A DNA stretch of 64,000 bases from Salpingoeca rosetta (lineage: Eukaryota; Protista; Choanoflagellata), in the NCBI GenBank assembly GCA_033442325.1, contig JAWQFM010000014.1, forward strand, positions 897,792 to 961,791. Direction: 5' to 3'. Made by a program: the position numbers and the translations under genes. The notes below the pieces were generated by a model that saw only the letters and a program-made list of their open reading frames with translations, had not been told where the DNA came from and made no database searches. Shown here in pieces: positions 39,265 to 55,887 of this stretch (the first letter of the stretch is position 1; each line of letters begins with the position of its first letter).

Positions 39265-39754
39265 TTGGGAAGGCTGTACACCCTTTCTGCCCTTTCCTGT
39301 TCCCCCATCCACTCGTTACCTTCCACATGGCGGGATTTTTCGTGAGCATGAACCACCTGTGTCATCACACTTGCTATGCGATTGCGTTGGCTCCATGTCC
39401 TTGGCCTCTCCTTCTCTCCTCCCAGCGAGTGTCTGCGTGTTACCCTGTTGTTGTTCGCCTGGATGCTCCCTTGCGCTGGTTGCTGGATCTCCTTTTCTTC
39501 CTCTTGTTTTTGTTGTGAGTGAACGCGACGGCAACCTGCTTGGGAAAGAGCACGACAGAGGACGAGAGAGGAGTTGGCCGCTTGTGTTGTCGAGGCTCGC
39601 GCGTTTTGATTTGAGTTGAGAATGCCAACAGCGGTGAGGGAAGCGGCAACAGGGGAGCACACACACACGCACGCACACGCTCACACTCAGGTACTCATTC
39701 ACATATACGCACTCACACACACACACATCCGCCTCAACAGCCACACAGCTGCCC

Positions 39755-40002
39755 AGCATTTGCCATCGCCTTCCGTGCGGTGAACAGCTTACACGGTGGT
39801 CTAACCGTCATTTGCAAGTGTTTCTTTTACGGACGATGAGGCGGGGTGCTGTCAAGGCTCCCATCCCTTAGACCCTACAGCTCAACTGTAGAGTAGATGA
39901 CAGACACAAACACGTGACAGGAGACCTCGAGACCTCATTCCTGTGTACATCGCCTTTGGTTGCTTGGGCGTGTGTGATGACCAGCATTTAGAGCATTTGC
40001 CA
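39755..40002. ncRNA. Candidate structured RNA or small insertion upstream of RPL10A (four consecutive hairpins)
   Basis: Inverted repeats at 39767-39843, 39846-39907, 39918-39944 and 39951-39970, flanked by an 11-bp direct repeat AGCATTTGCCA. Not recognised as a known RNA. Confidence 0.25.
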
Positions 40003-40067
40003 CAAGGGTGTGAGTGATGTGACGCTGTTATGCTGTTATGGCACTCCACAACACACACACACACGCG

Positions 40068-40131
<64 letters not shown>

Positions 40132-40311
40132 TTCAAATCCCGCGGTTCTCCCCTGTGAAATCTTACAATAACTTTCCACAACTTATGTACCTTTTTTTTT
40201 TCCCCCACCCATCGCGCACGCGAGACCCACACCGCCAGCACACTGCTCTGCCACCTCGTCCCCTCATTGTGACAACACCACACCACACGCAGCAACACCA
40301 GCACCGCCACC

Positions 40312-42785
40312 ATGAGGTTCGCGCGTGTTGTTCTTGTTGCTGTTGTCGCTGATGTTGTTGTTGTTGATGATGATGTGATGTGAACCCAGCACTGCAGAGG
40401 CACGCAAACGCACACACGCACACACACGCACAACACAACACAACACAACCCAACACAACTTTAGACATCAGGCACATTGTGCCCTTGTTGTCTGCTGTTG
40501 CTGTTGCTGTTGTTGCTTGTGGTGTTGCTGGTGGTGTTGTTGTTGCTGCTGCTGTCTCTGTTGCTGTTGTGGCAAGTGTGCACTATTGGAGAAGGGAGGG
40601 CCTCTTCACACTCTTTATGGTTGTGAATGCCCGCGGGTTGTTGTGCGCTGTCTTCGAATCTCTGTTGCTCGCGCTTCCTGCGCTTGTCTCTTTTTTGGTT
40701 GTGGTTGATGGCCTCTCTTTGTTCTCCAAGCCCCCCCCCCCCTTGTTCTCCTGCTCCCTGTTCTTCTGCCCCCTGTTCTTCTGGTGCCTCCCACCTTTAT
40801 TTATTTCTTGCGTGATGACGAGAAGTTGGTACCTTGTCTCTCTCTGAATTGGTTGTGCACTGTCCTTGGCTCAAAGTGCGACATCATGATGAGAAGACAA
40901 GTTGCCTTCTGCTTTGTTGTTGCAAGTGTTTTATGTGTGTGGTGGCTTCACCAACACCACCGTCTTTTGTTTCCCCGGTTGTTGTTGTCGAATGACTTCT
41001 TGTTCTTCCTCCCCAATGTGTTTCGCGCATGCACTTGTGTCGGCTCACTTGTTCTCCTGCTCTGTGTGTGTGTGTGTTTGCGTGCTTGTCTTCATTCCAC
41101 TTGACAGCAAGGTTTCCCGCGACACCTACGAAGAGGCGATCCAGGCCCTCCTCAAGCACTCCCTCAAGGACAAGAAGGTTTGTTGTTGTGTGTGTGCGCG
41201 TGTGCGTGTGCATGTGTGCGTGCGTGTGTGTGTTGTGCTTGTACACTCGCCACTCCACGAGCCCTTGTCTTTCTTTCGTCTTTGCTTGCTTCGTCCTGAA
41301 CTCATTCTCTCAACTTCCCCTCTTCTCACATCGCTTTTTGTCTCACTGCCACCACAGCGCAAGTTCCGCGAGACGGTTGAGCTTCAGGTTATGCTGAAGA
41401 ACTACGATCCCTCCCGTGACAAGCGCTTCAGCGGCACCGTGCGTCTGCCCGGCATTGCCCGCCCTGGCATGAAGGTGTGCGTGCTCGGTGACGATGCTCA
41501 CTGCGACGAGGCCAAGGCCGCCGACATTCCCTGCATGGACGTCGACTCCCTCAAGAAGCTCAAGAAGAACAAGAAGCTCGTCAAGAAGCTGGGTACGAGT
41601 GTGTGTGTGGTTGTGTGAGTGAGTGTGTGAGTGAGTGTGTGTGTGGTTGTGTGTGGTTGTGTGAGCGAGTGTGTTTGTAACTCTGTGTGTGTGTGTGTGT
41701 GCGTTTGTCTGTGTTTGTGTGTGAGCGAATGTTTTGTACACTTTGCTTTGTTTCTTTCCCTCCTTCCCCCTCTCCCCCACTCTCCTCCCCCATCTTCCCG
41801 CCTCCTCAAACACCACAACCAGCCTTCCGTCTTGGCCCGACATATCCCATGTCGAGATGCCATTTCTTTGTGCATGGGAGAGTTACGTTGTCATACGTTG
41901 AGTATGCGGCGTTCATTCGTCCGTTGGCGCTGCTTAATAAGTCTGACTATACTCTCCATCCTTCAAACCTTTGAAGTTTTGTCTATGTCCATCCTTCCCT
42001 CCTCCTTCAATTCAATTCCCTTGCACACTTGAACGATCCTTTGTCCTGTCTCCCCTCGACGCATGCATCCCCTTTCACCTCACTCACCCCAACCAAACAC
42101 ACACACACACACGCACACACACACACGCACACACACACACTCCTTACCCCCCACCCCATCCCCAAAACCACAGCCAAGCAGTACGATGCGTTCCTTGCGT
42201 CGTCGAAGCTTCTGAAGCAGCTGCCTCGTATCCTTGGGCCTGGCCTCAACAAGGCCGGCAAGTTCCCCTCCCCCGTCTCGCACGAGGAGAAGCTGCCCGA
42301 GAAGGTTGACGAGCTCAAGGCTACCGTCAAGTTCCAGATGAAGAAGGTGCTCACGCTCGGTGTCGCCATTGGTCACGTCGACATGTCCGAGGAGGAGCTC
42401 ATCACCAACTCCATCCAGGCCGTCAACTTCCTCGTCTCCCTCCTCAAGAAGGTTTGTTGTGCTGGCAAGTGGTGGTGGGGTTGTGTGTGTGTGTGGTGTG
42501 TGTGTGTGAGTGTGTGAGTGTGTTTACCTACTTGTGGTTACTTTTGCGTGCGTATTGTTGTGCTTCCTTTTGCGTCCATACTGTTGTGCTGCCTTTTGAG
42601 AACATGCGCACCTGTGCCAATCAGTGCTCTTTCCTTCTTGTTCACACCCTTCTTCCTCCTCACCACCAACTCATCCCCCCCCCCAATCACACGCTCTCCT
42701 TGCCATCACATCCCCACAGAACTGGCAGAACGTGCGCTCCCTCAACATCAAGAGCACCATGGGCCCTCCCCAGCGCATCTACTAA
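40312..42785 (+). CDS. RPL10A: 60S ribosomal protein L10a (uL1), 5 exons
   Basis: ATGAG|gttcgc at 40312 splices to C-AAG at 41108, giving MSKVSRDT; then [47 protein letters not shown] and [24 protein letters not shown]. Confidence 0.97.
40812..40901 (+). ncRNA. Kink-turn (box C/D-type) hairpin in RPL10A intron 1; candidate snoRNA part or cis-regulatory element
   Basis: GTGATGA at 40812, CTGA at 40844-40847 and ATGATGA at 40886-40892. 40833-40843 pairs with 40892-40901 (10 bp, one bulge) right next to the tandem G.A pairs. Inner stem GCACT/AGTGC. Confidence 0.45.
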
Positions 42786-43094
42786 GCAGATGCTGCTCTT
42801 TGGTGTGATGTCACCCTTTTCTTGACTGCACGTGTTATGCTAAGCAACCCTCTCCCTCCCAATTACAAGACCCCCGAACAGAGAGAAGGCGATTGCCGTG
42901 TGTATGGCGTGTATCTGTCTATGAGAGGAACGAAGCGAGCAAACGCAAGAACAAAGACAGATGTGCGTGCAGCGAGGGTAACACAACGGAAGCGGCCACA
43001 GCGGGAGAACAATGCCATGTGCAGCCGCGTTGGTAGGACAAGCGTGGCATGAATACACAAGCACGCCACCTCAACGAGGATCAGCAAGCTGGCG

Positions 43095-43712
43095 TCAGGT
43101 ACAGAGGTGCGGGTGCTTGGCGTGAATGCGCGCGGTAAATGCCGTGACGGTAGCAGCGGGAACGTTGAGGTCGAAGGAGAGCTGGGAGAAGACAGGCATC
43201 TCCATGAGGAGGATGTCGTGCCGCGCCAGCCGCCACTTGTCCTCGCACGCCTTGAACAACGGCTGCAGCCGCTGCTTGACAATGGACGGGCGGGCGGTGC
43301 AGTTGAACTTGAAGGCGAGCAGTAGGCAGCATGCCGGGATGAGCTTGCGCGTGGGCTTGGTCACCCACCGCTTTAGCACAAGGTGCTCAAAGTAGTAGTG
43401 GGCAAACGCCACCGTCGACACCTCCATCTTGCACTGCACGAGAAACACATGGGATGGCATGTGCGTGCGTGCGCGCGTGCGTGTGTGTGTGTGTGTGCGT
43501 GCGTGTGTGTGTGAGTTTGTGCGTGTGAGTATGTGCGTGTGTATGAGGGGAGTGAGTAGGTGAGCGAGTTCGTGTGTGAGCGAGTGAGGGAGTGAATGTT
43601 AGTGAGTGAGTGGGTGAGCGTGTGAGTGGGTGAGCGTGTGTGAATGTGCGCGTGAGTGAATGTGCGCGTGAGTGAGATAGACATTGTGTGTTCGCGTGTT
43701 CGTGTGTTCGTG

Positions 43713-43743
<31 letters not shown>

Positions 43744-44350
43744 TGTGTGTGGGTGTGTGTGTGTGTGTGTGTGGGTGAGAGGTGGACATTGTGTTAATGT
43801 GTGTGTTTGTGTTTACAAACGTCGCAGCTTCAAGGTTGCAACTATGTGGTACGCCCACCCTGAGGACTTACAATGCACACACCACCTCCACCTCACACAT
43901 GAATACCAACGCACCATGTCGCAGCCAATCTCCACCATGTCGCGCTTGAGACTGCGCAGCTTGGAGAGGGTGAGTTGAATGTCTGGGAAGCGTTCACGGA
44001 AGCTCTCGTTGAGCGCCTCTTTGAGTTCCGCCGGCGTCACATAGTGGCTGATGGACACCGTGTATGACTTGAGGGACAGCATCTTCTGGTGCCTTCCGTG
44101 GTGCAGGAACGGGTCGTCGAGCGTGGCGTGATCGTGCACTTGCGGCATGTCCCGCAGCTGCTTCTCGTAGCTCTTTGTCTTGCGCACGGGCTTGATCTCG
44201 AACTTGTCGGCTGTGTTGTGTGTAAACGTCAGGTACGTTTGCGTGTGTGTGTGTGTGTGTCAGTATGAATCACCAAGGTGAGGGCGTAGGCACAGCTTTG
44301 CACGAACAACATCTCTTCAAACTCTCAATCACCACCACACACACGCACGT

Positions 44351-44433
<83 letters not shown>

Positions 44434-45116
44434 CTCGCACGCACACACACACACACACGAAAACTCGCACGCACAACACATACACACACACACAACACAT
44501 ACACAACACACACACACACGCCAACACCAACAACACATACACGTAAATGCTCACCCTGCTTGGCTTTTTCGAGGCGTCGGCGCTTCTTGTGACGTGTGTC
44601 ACGTGCGGGAAGTAGGCTAAAAGCGGCGAGTGGCATACCGCCGCGCGGGCTTGTGACGAGCACGCGGGTGTTCACCAGCAGCTCTGCGTTGGTCTTCACG
44701 TCCGACACAAACGTGACCTTCGGCATGGCCTTTGATGGCCGCGTGCTGCTGCGTGCCTGCGACGTGGACGACGTTGCGAAAGCATCACGCAGCCGTTCCA
44801 TGTCTCCACTTGTCAAGCGCCTGCGCCGGCGCTGCGACTGCTGGTGCTGTGACGTGAGATCGGTGCCGTCAGATGCAAGCAGGTCGGTGGCTGCCATGCC
44901 CATGAAAGAATGGCGGGTGCTGGCATGTCCTGATTTCGGCCGCTGCGGCTGCTGTCTGCGCACAAGCGCGGTCTCTGCATCCTCATGGTCGTACTCGGAG
45001 TCGCTTGCCCCGAGAACAGGCTCATCCTCATCCCCTGTCAGCGAAATCCCCGCCAAGAACGCCGTCCCATCTCTGCGTATCCTCTCCACACCCCGCGCCC
45101 GCAACACATTCGCCAT
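43095..45116 (-). CDS. CABLES: CABLES-like cyclin-box protein (CDK5/ABL1 enzyme substrate), 3 exons
   Basis: AFLAGISLTG, LDDPFLHHGRHQKMLSL, ELKEALNESFRERFPDIQLTLSKLRSLK and TVAFAHYYFEHLVLK...RKLIPACCLLLAFKFN. Confidence 0.88.
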
Positions 45117-45283
45117 CTCTGCTTCTCTCCTCTTCTGCTTCTGCTGTGCCTTGAATCGACGAAAAATAGCTCAAATCATTCATCAGAATTCTACAACCGC
45201 ACTGCCGCTGTGGAGCGACACAAACAAACACGATAGCCAGCAGCACACCCACACATACACCAGCCACCAACCAACCAACCGCC
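45117..45283. promoter_or_regulatory. Probable bidirectional promoter between CABLES and VPS26C
   Basis: Divergent ATGs 167 bp apart. Confidence 0.55.
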
Positions 45284-48357
<3,074 letters not shown>

Positions 48358-48464
48358 CTGCAGAAATCGTCTTGCTTCTTCTTCCCTTTGTGTTTCTGTT
48401 TGTCATTTGTCATTGTTCATCATCGCATCATCTTTGCCGTCATCATTGTCGTCAAATGACACCT

Positions 48465-51177
48465 TTAAAGTGAGAATCGATGCCGAGACCTGTGGCGGTC
48501 GGGATGTGATGTCGAGGGTCAGTTTGCACGTGGTGGTGGAGGCCAGAGGGAAGACCACATGCACATGCAGCAACATAGCACCAGCACAATGAGCTACCCT
48601 CCCCGCAGCACATACAACAATGCGAAGAACACGAACAACGTGTGAACCAACACACGGCCCCACCCTCTCCTCTCTTCTCTACTCTTCGTTGTGAACCTGA
48701 GGTCGTCGACGGTGAGTTTGTAGAAATCGGACGGGAGATCCACACGCATGGCGGCGGCGATGGCCGCACCACGCGGCGGCTTCAGCACCCTGATCCCGTG
48801 GTAGTGGTGGTGGTGGTGGTGATGAGATGAGATGGGGGGGGGGGAGGCAGTGGTCAGGAGAGGCATCACGACACACACACACACACACACAGACACACAG
48901 ACAGACACACACACACACACACAGACACACACACAGACCCCCCCCCACACACACCTGACGTCGCGGTGGAGGCGGCAGATGATGGTTTGGTCGCTGGAGA
49001 TGACATCTTTTGCTGTCGTCAGTTCGTCCGTGGACACTCCTTCTGGCAGCGCAAGGAACGTCTTGCCATCCTCTGCACACAGCAAACCCGACAGCGCGTG
49101 CATGTGTCAAGGAGTGGCGCGTTGTGACATGAGTTGTACGACCATGCGAGGTCTTGCGGGAACCAACAAGCAACAAGCATGTCCGTTCGGTCCATTCTCT
49201 GAGCATTATCCACCATCATTGCCGTTGCCAACATCTTGTCGCACCTTCGCCGTTCTCTTCCTCAAAGCCAACGGCCTTGAGAAACTCCAGCGCCCCCTCA
49301 GCCCCCAGGATGCGTGCCTGCAAGCAAGGTGACCAAAACCACACACACACACACACACACACACATGGTACAAAAAGAGAACATGGGAACAAGCGTGTCA
49401 TCTGGCCAAGCAACAAGATGGGGCGCCACGACCGCCAGCGCACCTGAAAGGCCTTGTTCTCCTTGTTGATGCGCCGGTACTTGGGCTCGTCCGGGTGCTG
49501 CAGCACATTGTTGATGTACCTGCAGCAGCAATGCACACACACACACATAGACAGGCGCATGTGAGAGAAGTCTTGTCATCGCACAAACGCGTGATGATAT
49601 CGGCAGCCACATGCATCTGCACACGCACACGTACACCTTCACACTCACACATGCATGTGCTCACGCGGGAACATACGCGCATATCGTCTTGACGGCGAGT
49701 TCTCGCTTCTCCCGGGAGTTGAGTGTCCACACCATCTTCGCCGCCATCGGCACCGGCATCTCCGTCAGGCGCTGGCGAGATGCACAAGGTGTGAGTGAGT
49801 GAGTGGAGTGTGAGTGAGTGAGTGGAGTGTGAGTGAGTGAGGGCGAGGGTGAGCAAGGGCGAGTTCAGCAACAACGGCGCTCGTTCGCTCGCCCGGCATG
49901 CTTTTGCCCTTTCTCGCATACGCAGCAGACCTGTGTTAGCTCTCGTCGGAGATGGTCTGTCTTGTCGCGTTCGCGAACGAGGTTGCCTGTGATGGGACAC
50001 ACCACTTGCACCTGGGTGGGCGGCAGCCAAGGGCGACACACGTGAGGGAGGGAGGGAGAGAGGTGCAAACAGTGTAAGGCGTGGTCGAAAACAGAGATAC
50101 ACACGGATGCACACAGAGATACACACGGATGCACACAGAGATACACACGGATGCACACAGAGATACACACGGATGCACACAGAGATACACACGGATGCAC
50201 ACACACATGCACACAAGCGTTGCCTGACCTGAAGGCGGTCTGCTTCCTGCTTCCATTGGCCCGCAGGCTGGTCGCGTGAAGGCGTGGCCGTCGACGGTTG
50301 AGTGCCGCTGCTGGCGGCCTCTGCCTGCACCTGGCGACGGGCCTCGCTCTTGATGGCGCTGGATGTGTTAGGCCTCCCCGTCTGCTGGGCGCGCTGCATC
50401 CGCTCCTGCGCAGCCCGCGCCGCCTGGCTCATCTCTGCAAGGCGCAGACACAGTTGGTTCACGGCAGTCAGCAGGCAGGTGTGTGGTGAATGGACAGAGA
50501 TGGCGAGAGGGATGCAAGGAGAGAGGAGGGGGATGGTATGAGGGGAGGGGGGAGGTGGGGGAGAACACAGACACGGACACACACAGACACACAGACACAG
50601 ACACACACATACACACACAGACACACAGACAGACACAGACACAGACACACACAGACACAGACACACACAGACACACACAGACACACACAGACACACACAG
50701 ACACACAGACACACACACACACAGACACACACAGACACACACACCGCGAGGCTGCTGTCTGCCTGACGCCGATGCATTCCTCGCCGTTGACGCTGAGGAT
50801 GAAGACGAGGATGCGGACGCTGGCTGCCCTTGAGACGCCCCTTCCACGCCCAGGCGATGGCCTTCAAGCAGAAGGGCAGACAGAGGATACACGACAGCAC
50901 GCCAACAAGCAATAAGCAACACCGCCACACTTGGCAAAGTCGAGCGAGCGTGCGTTCCTGCGTGCGTGCTTGATGGCCTTCCTCCCTCACCATCACACAC
51001 ACACACACAGACACAGACACACAGACACACAGACACACACACAGACACAGACACACAGACACACACACACACAGACACACAGACACACACACAGACACAG
51101 ACACAGACACACACAGACACACCTTCGCCAGCCCTCTTGAACTTGCGATCCTTCTTGAACCTGCGAAACAAGTCCAT
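48465..51177 (-). CDS. UBXN6: UBXN6/UBXD1-like p97 cofactor (N-terminal motif, VIM, PUB domain); UBX domain not found
   Basis: [39 protein letters not shown] motif [39 protein letters not shown], and [14 protein letters not shown]. The next exon gives SRHRFSL-TAA at 48465. Confidence 0.8.
50091..50200. repeat. 22-bp intronic minisatellite (ACAGAGATACACACGGATGCAC) x5
   Basis: Read directly. Confidence 0.9.
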
Positions 51178-51474
51178 CTTGGCTGTTGCTTCGCCGTGCT
51201 GCTTCGTTGTTTGTATTCGTGCCAGTCTTGCTTGTTGCTTGTTGCTTGCTTCACTTGTTCTTCTTCTTGTGGTCGTGGAAGAATCAAGCAAGGGGGAAGG
51301 AGAGCAGGTAACATAACAATAACAACATGCAGCTGAGAGAGGTAATCACTAAGGAAGAGGAGAGAGGAGCAGAGGAGGCAGGCTACCAAAGAGCCAGCAA
51401 CAACGCGCGCGCGCGTGAACGAGAAGCGACAAATAAAACAAGGGCACTCGCCCATCACCACCCATTCACCCCAG

Positions 51475-54014
51475 TCAACCACCAAGCCCGTCGCTGTGTA
51501 CGGCGTTGGCATGGCTCTCTCCGTTCTTGAAGGTGACGGTGACGCGCTGGCCGTCCTTGGCCACCCTCAAGATGGGCTTGAACTCGTAGTAGTTGGTCGT
51601 CGTCTCCGCCCACGACAGCACGGGCGGGTCAACGGTGATGTTGACGCCGTTTGGGTAGTGCAGTGCCGTGTACGCATACACCACGGTCGGAGCAGTGCAC
51701 GTCTGCGGCGTGCGTGTGAGTGAGTGAGTGAGTGAGTGAGTGAGTGAGTGTGAGAGTGAGTGAGTGAGTGAGTGAGTGAGTGAGTGTTCATATGTGTGTG
51801 TGTGTGTGAGTGTGCGTGCATGAGTGAGTGAGTGTGAGAGTGTGAGAGTGAGAGTGCGTGTGTGTGCATGAGTTTGCGTGCATTTGTACATACATGAACC
51901 TTATTCAACCACCCTATTCAGCCACCCTGTTCCCCCTTCTTCCACGTCTCTGTATCTCCTCCTTCCCCTCGGCACCTTGTTGAGGAGGAACGCAAGCTCG
52001 AAGGTGCTGTTCTCGCGGGAAAAGTGCATGTCAACACCGTGGCCGGCGATAATGGGCGCATATGTGCGCGTCAGGTTGAACACCATGTCGCTGTTCACGG
52101 TGCCGTTGCTGTTCCAGAACCCGAAGTTGGAACCCGTCTTTGGCACAAACGCCTGTCACAACATAGGGTGAAGGGGAGTGTGGACGGCGCGGAGAAGGAG
52201 GAGGAGGAGGAGGAGGAGGAGGAGGAGGAAGCCTTGTGTGAGTGTGCATACGATCGAGAGCACAGTGTATGCATGTGTAGTGTGACATAACAACGGCAGA
52301 GCATCAGTGTCACACAAACACACACACACGCACAGACACAGACACACACACAGACACACAACACGCAATCACTGTGCTCACTTTGTATTCCCATCGCATC
52401 CACGACTGGAAGAACGGATCTGCCGTCTCGAAGAACACCTCGCCGTCCGTCTGACGATGACAATGATGATGATGGTGATGGTGGTGGTGACAGTAACAGC
52501 GAACCATGTAAGAAAAGGGGACAAGGTGTAATGTTGTGGTGAGCACAAAGCGAACCAGCGACGGCCGCAGCTTTGCGTGCACGCGCGCATGTGCAAGCCA
52601 CAAGCATGCAAGCACAGCACAAGGCAACACGCTGCAATGCACCACAGTATCACCCACTGTAGCACCATTGCACCACAACAACCGCGGACCTCCGAGCAGA
52701 ATGTGCCGCAGTTGAGTTTCTTTGCGGCATCGAGATGGAGCTGGATTGTCTCCTTGGGGCCAAAGTTTGGCGGCATGTAGTACTGCAGGCGCCGACAGGA
52801 GAGGGAGGGGCGCTGATGGTGAAGGCGGTGAAGGGGATCGAAACACACATACACACAAACACACACGCACACAGACAAAAACAAAAAAACAAAACACAGA
52901 TACAGATACACACACACAACCACACACACGCACACAGACAAAAAAAACACAGATACAGATACACACACAACCACACAACCACACAACCCCCTCCTCCTCC
53001 AATTTCTCCCCTCCTGCTCATGTCGCGCCATCCACAGCACGCAGACTGACGTGGTATGCGAGGACGCTCTTGTGGCCGCTGTCAGCGCCGCCGGGCGGGT
53101 GCGAAAACCCAACAACGACATCGTCCCACGTCACCTGGTAATGCATGCGCACACATGAATGAAGAGGGTAAGTTTGATGGTGAGAGAGAGAGAGAGAGTG
53201 TGTGTGTGTGTGTGTGTGAGTGAGTGAGTGTGTGTGTGTGCGTGTGTGCGTTTGCCCTTGTGTCTGCGTGCGGTTGAAGACACAACTTGGCTCCAACTCA
53301 CCGTTTCGAAGAAGATGGGTGTATCGGGATCAACGGCCCTGACGCAATCATCCCACACAGCACCACACGCGCGCGCGCAGTCGATGAGGAGAGAGAACAA
53401 GCGGTGGAACGTCACGACAGCATGCACAAGACATACAGCCTACAGGCGCATGCGCAATCAACCAAAGAAAGAGCACACGCATGCATCAAGCATGGCACCT
53501 GATGGCAGCGGCAGCTTTATCGTATGTGTTCTGCAGGTTCTTCTTGTCGGCCTGACCGGGGACAAGCAGGTCAGGGTCCTTGTTCACATCGCCTGCGCGC
53601 CGTGATGGCAAATAGTGCGAGGAGGGATGAAGTGTCGTGTTACAGAGGGGTGGACTGAAAGTGCAAGGCTTTCACGCAAAGGCGACACGGCGACACAGAC
53701 AGACAAACAGACGGACGGACGGACGGACAGACAGACAGGCAGCCAGACACACACACACACACACACACACACGCGGGCGCGGCCACGACCACAACGCTGA
53801 CCTGCCCAGGGCTCATTGATGAGCTCGTATCCGAGGATGTTGGTGTAGGACTTGAAGGTTGACGCGACGAGTGCCCAGAAGCTGCAGAACGCATCGAGAA
53901 GGCCATCTTGGTTGTCGTACATGCGCTGCACAGCCGCGCCCACCGCTGCCACGCGGCGAGAAGGGAGATGTGTGTGCGAGCGAGTTCGTGTGTGTGTGTG
54001 TGTGTGCGTGAGTG

Positions 54015-54052
<38 letters not shown>

Positions 54053-54477
54053 TGTGACGAGTTTGGGTGGGCCAATGCATGTGTGATTGAGTGCAAGAGC
54101 GAGCGCTCGCGGTGCTCACAACCACACAACAGGCGTCGAACATACCAGAGGCAAAGTAGTAGTCTGGCCAGTCATGCTTGCCGCAGTCCTGGGCTGAGGG
54201 AAGGCCCGTGGTGCTCTGTGTCGACGAAACAACGCCAGCAGTGTGAACGCCATCGCAGGTTGTACAACCCGCAACACCTTCTCTTTAATGGTAGTTAGGC
54301 AGACAGGGCCGACAGAAACTGGTGTGCCCTCGCACCCGATGCATCCTCACTTAACTCCGCACACGACACAACACACACACACACACACCCACAGCCACAG
54401 CCACAGCCACACACACCCACAGCCACAGCCACAGCCACACACACACCCACACCCACACCCACACCCACACACACCCA

Positions 54478-54534
<57 letters not shown>

Positions 54535-55430
54535 CAACAAACACACACACACACAGACAAACACACACACACACACGTACGTTGACGTTGTATGGCTTGT
54601 CGAGGGGAGCAGGGAACCCTTTTGCGTCTGGGCCGGGGTCTGCCGCCCAGTATGGAACGCCCTCCCCGCAGAACCGCTCGCTCCACACGTCTTGGTGCAT
54701 GTCCAGCAGCACCCAGATGCCTTGTTCCTCGCACATGGCCGTGATGTTCTGTGGAGGAAATGGCGGGCAAGTGTGAAGAATCGCTGAAGACGGCACCAAA
54801 GAGGGCAGTGGAAGAAAGGATAGAGCTGCCGGCAGCTCACAAGCCGGCACGAAAGCCACGAGGCGTACTGGAGTAAGCAAACACACACCCACACACCCAC
54901 ACACATGCACACCTGCAAGTGCTGCAGGTACGTTTGGTTGTATTTGCCCTTCTCTGGCTCAACCTGAGGTTTGTTGGAGGGCAGTCAACGCAGGTGTTGC
55001 TGTTGAGTCAGTGGCTCTCGCGTGAAGCAGCGTTGACGTATTTAGCCGTGACCGACAAGCCCGGCACAAGCGAGAGCAGTGACGCGCATCCAAGCCAGCA
55101 CGACAACGCAGCTGCCTTACCCCGGGCCACATGACACCGAGGCGAATGGCGTTGACGCCCCACTTTGACAGGAGGGCGACATCGTCCTTGCTGAAGCTGT
55201 ACTGATAATCGAATCGATCGATGATGGGCACATATGGTGGCCCCTTGAAGACGACGTTTGTGCCTGTGTTGATGAGGGGGGGGGGGCGACCCGGTGTGGT
55301 TGCAGCATCGTTAAGCGTCGGGATTGGGCACACAGGGCACGGACCGACCTTCGACAGCCATCAGCACATAGCCGGAGGTCGCAAAAACGAACACACCAGC
55401 GCACACTGACACACTCCCGCACACAGCAAC

Positions 55431-55468
<38 letters not shown>

Positions 55469-55488
55469 CACACACCACACACACCACA

Positions 55489-55519
<31 letters not shown>

Positions 55520-55600
55520 CACCTAAGGGACGCTCCGCTCGCCGTCAGAATGCCACCCATGCATATGAGCTTCACCATGCGGCTTTACGGGGCCCTAAAG

Positions 55601-55638
<38 letters not shown>

Positions 55639-55887
55639 CTACACACCCACCACACACCACCACACACACCACACACACACACACACCAACACACACTCAC
55701 ACACCAACACACACACACACTCACCATGGAAGATGCGCTCGCGGCCGTGGCTGTCAACGAGCCGCGATGTGGTTGTGTTCACGACGAGGGGTTGTGCAGC
55801 CACATGCTGTGGGTCCACAACACAGATCCCAACAGCCACCACCAGCACTGCAGCCGCAGCCACAACACCAACACCTCCTCCACGCAT
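51475..55887 (-). CDS. Endoglycoceramidase-like glycoside hydrolase family 5, secreted
   Basis: Signal peptide, then [56 protein letters not shown], acid/base [14 protein letters not shown], nucleophile region [12 protein letters not shown] and RTYAPIIAG. Confidence 0.9.

Noticed and set aside
49398-51512. 704-aa minus-strand ORF
   Set aside because: It is a read-through of UBXN6 exons and stop-free repeat introns in mixed frames.
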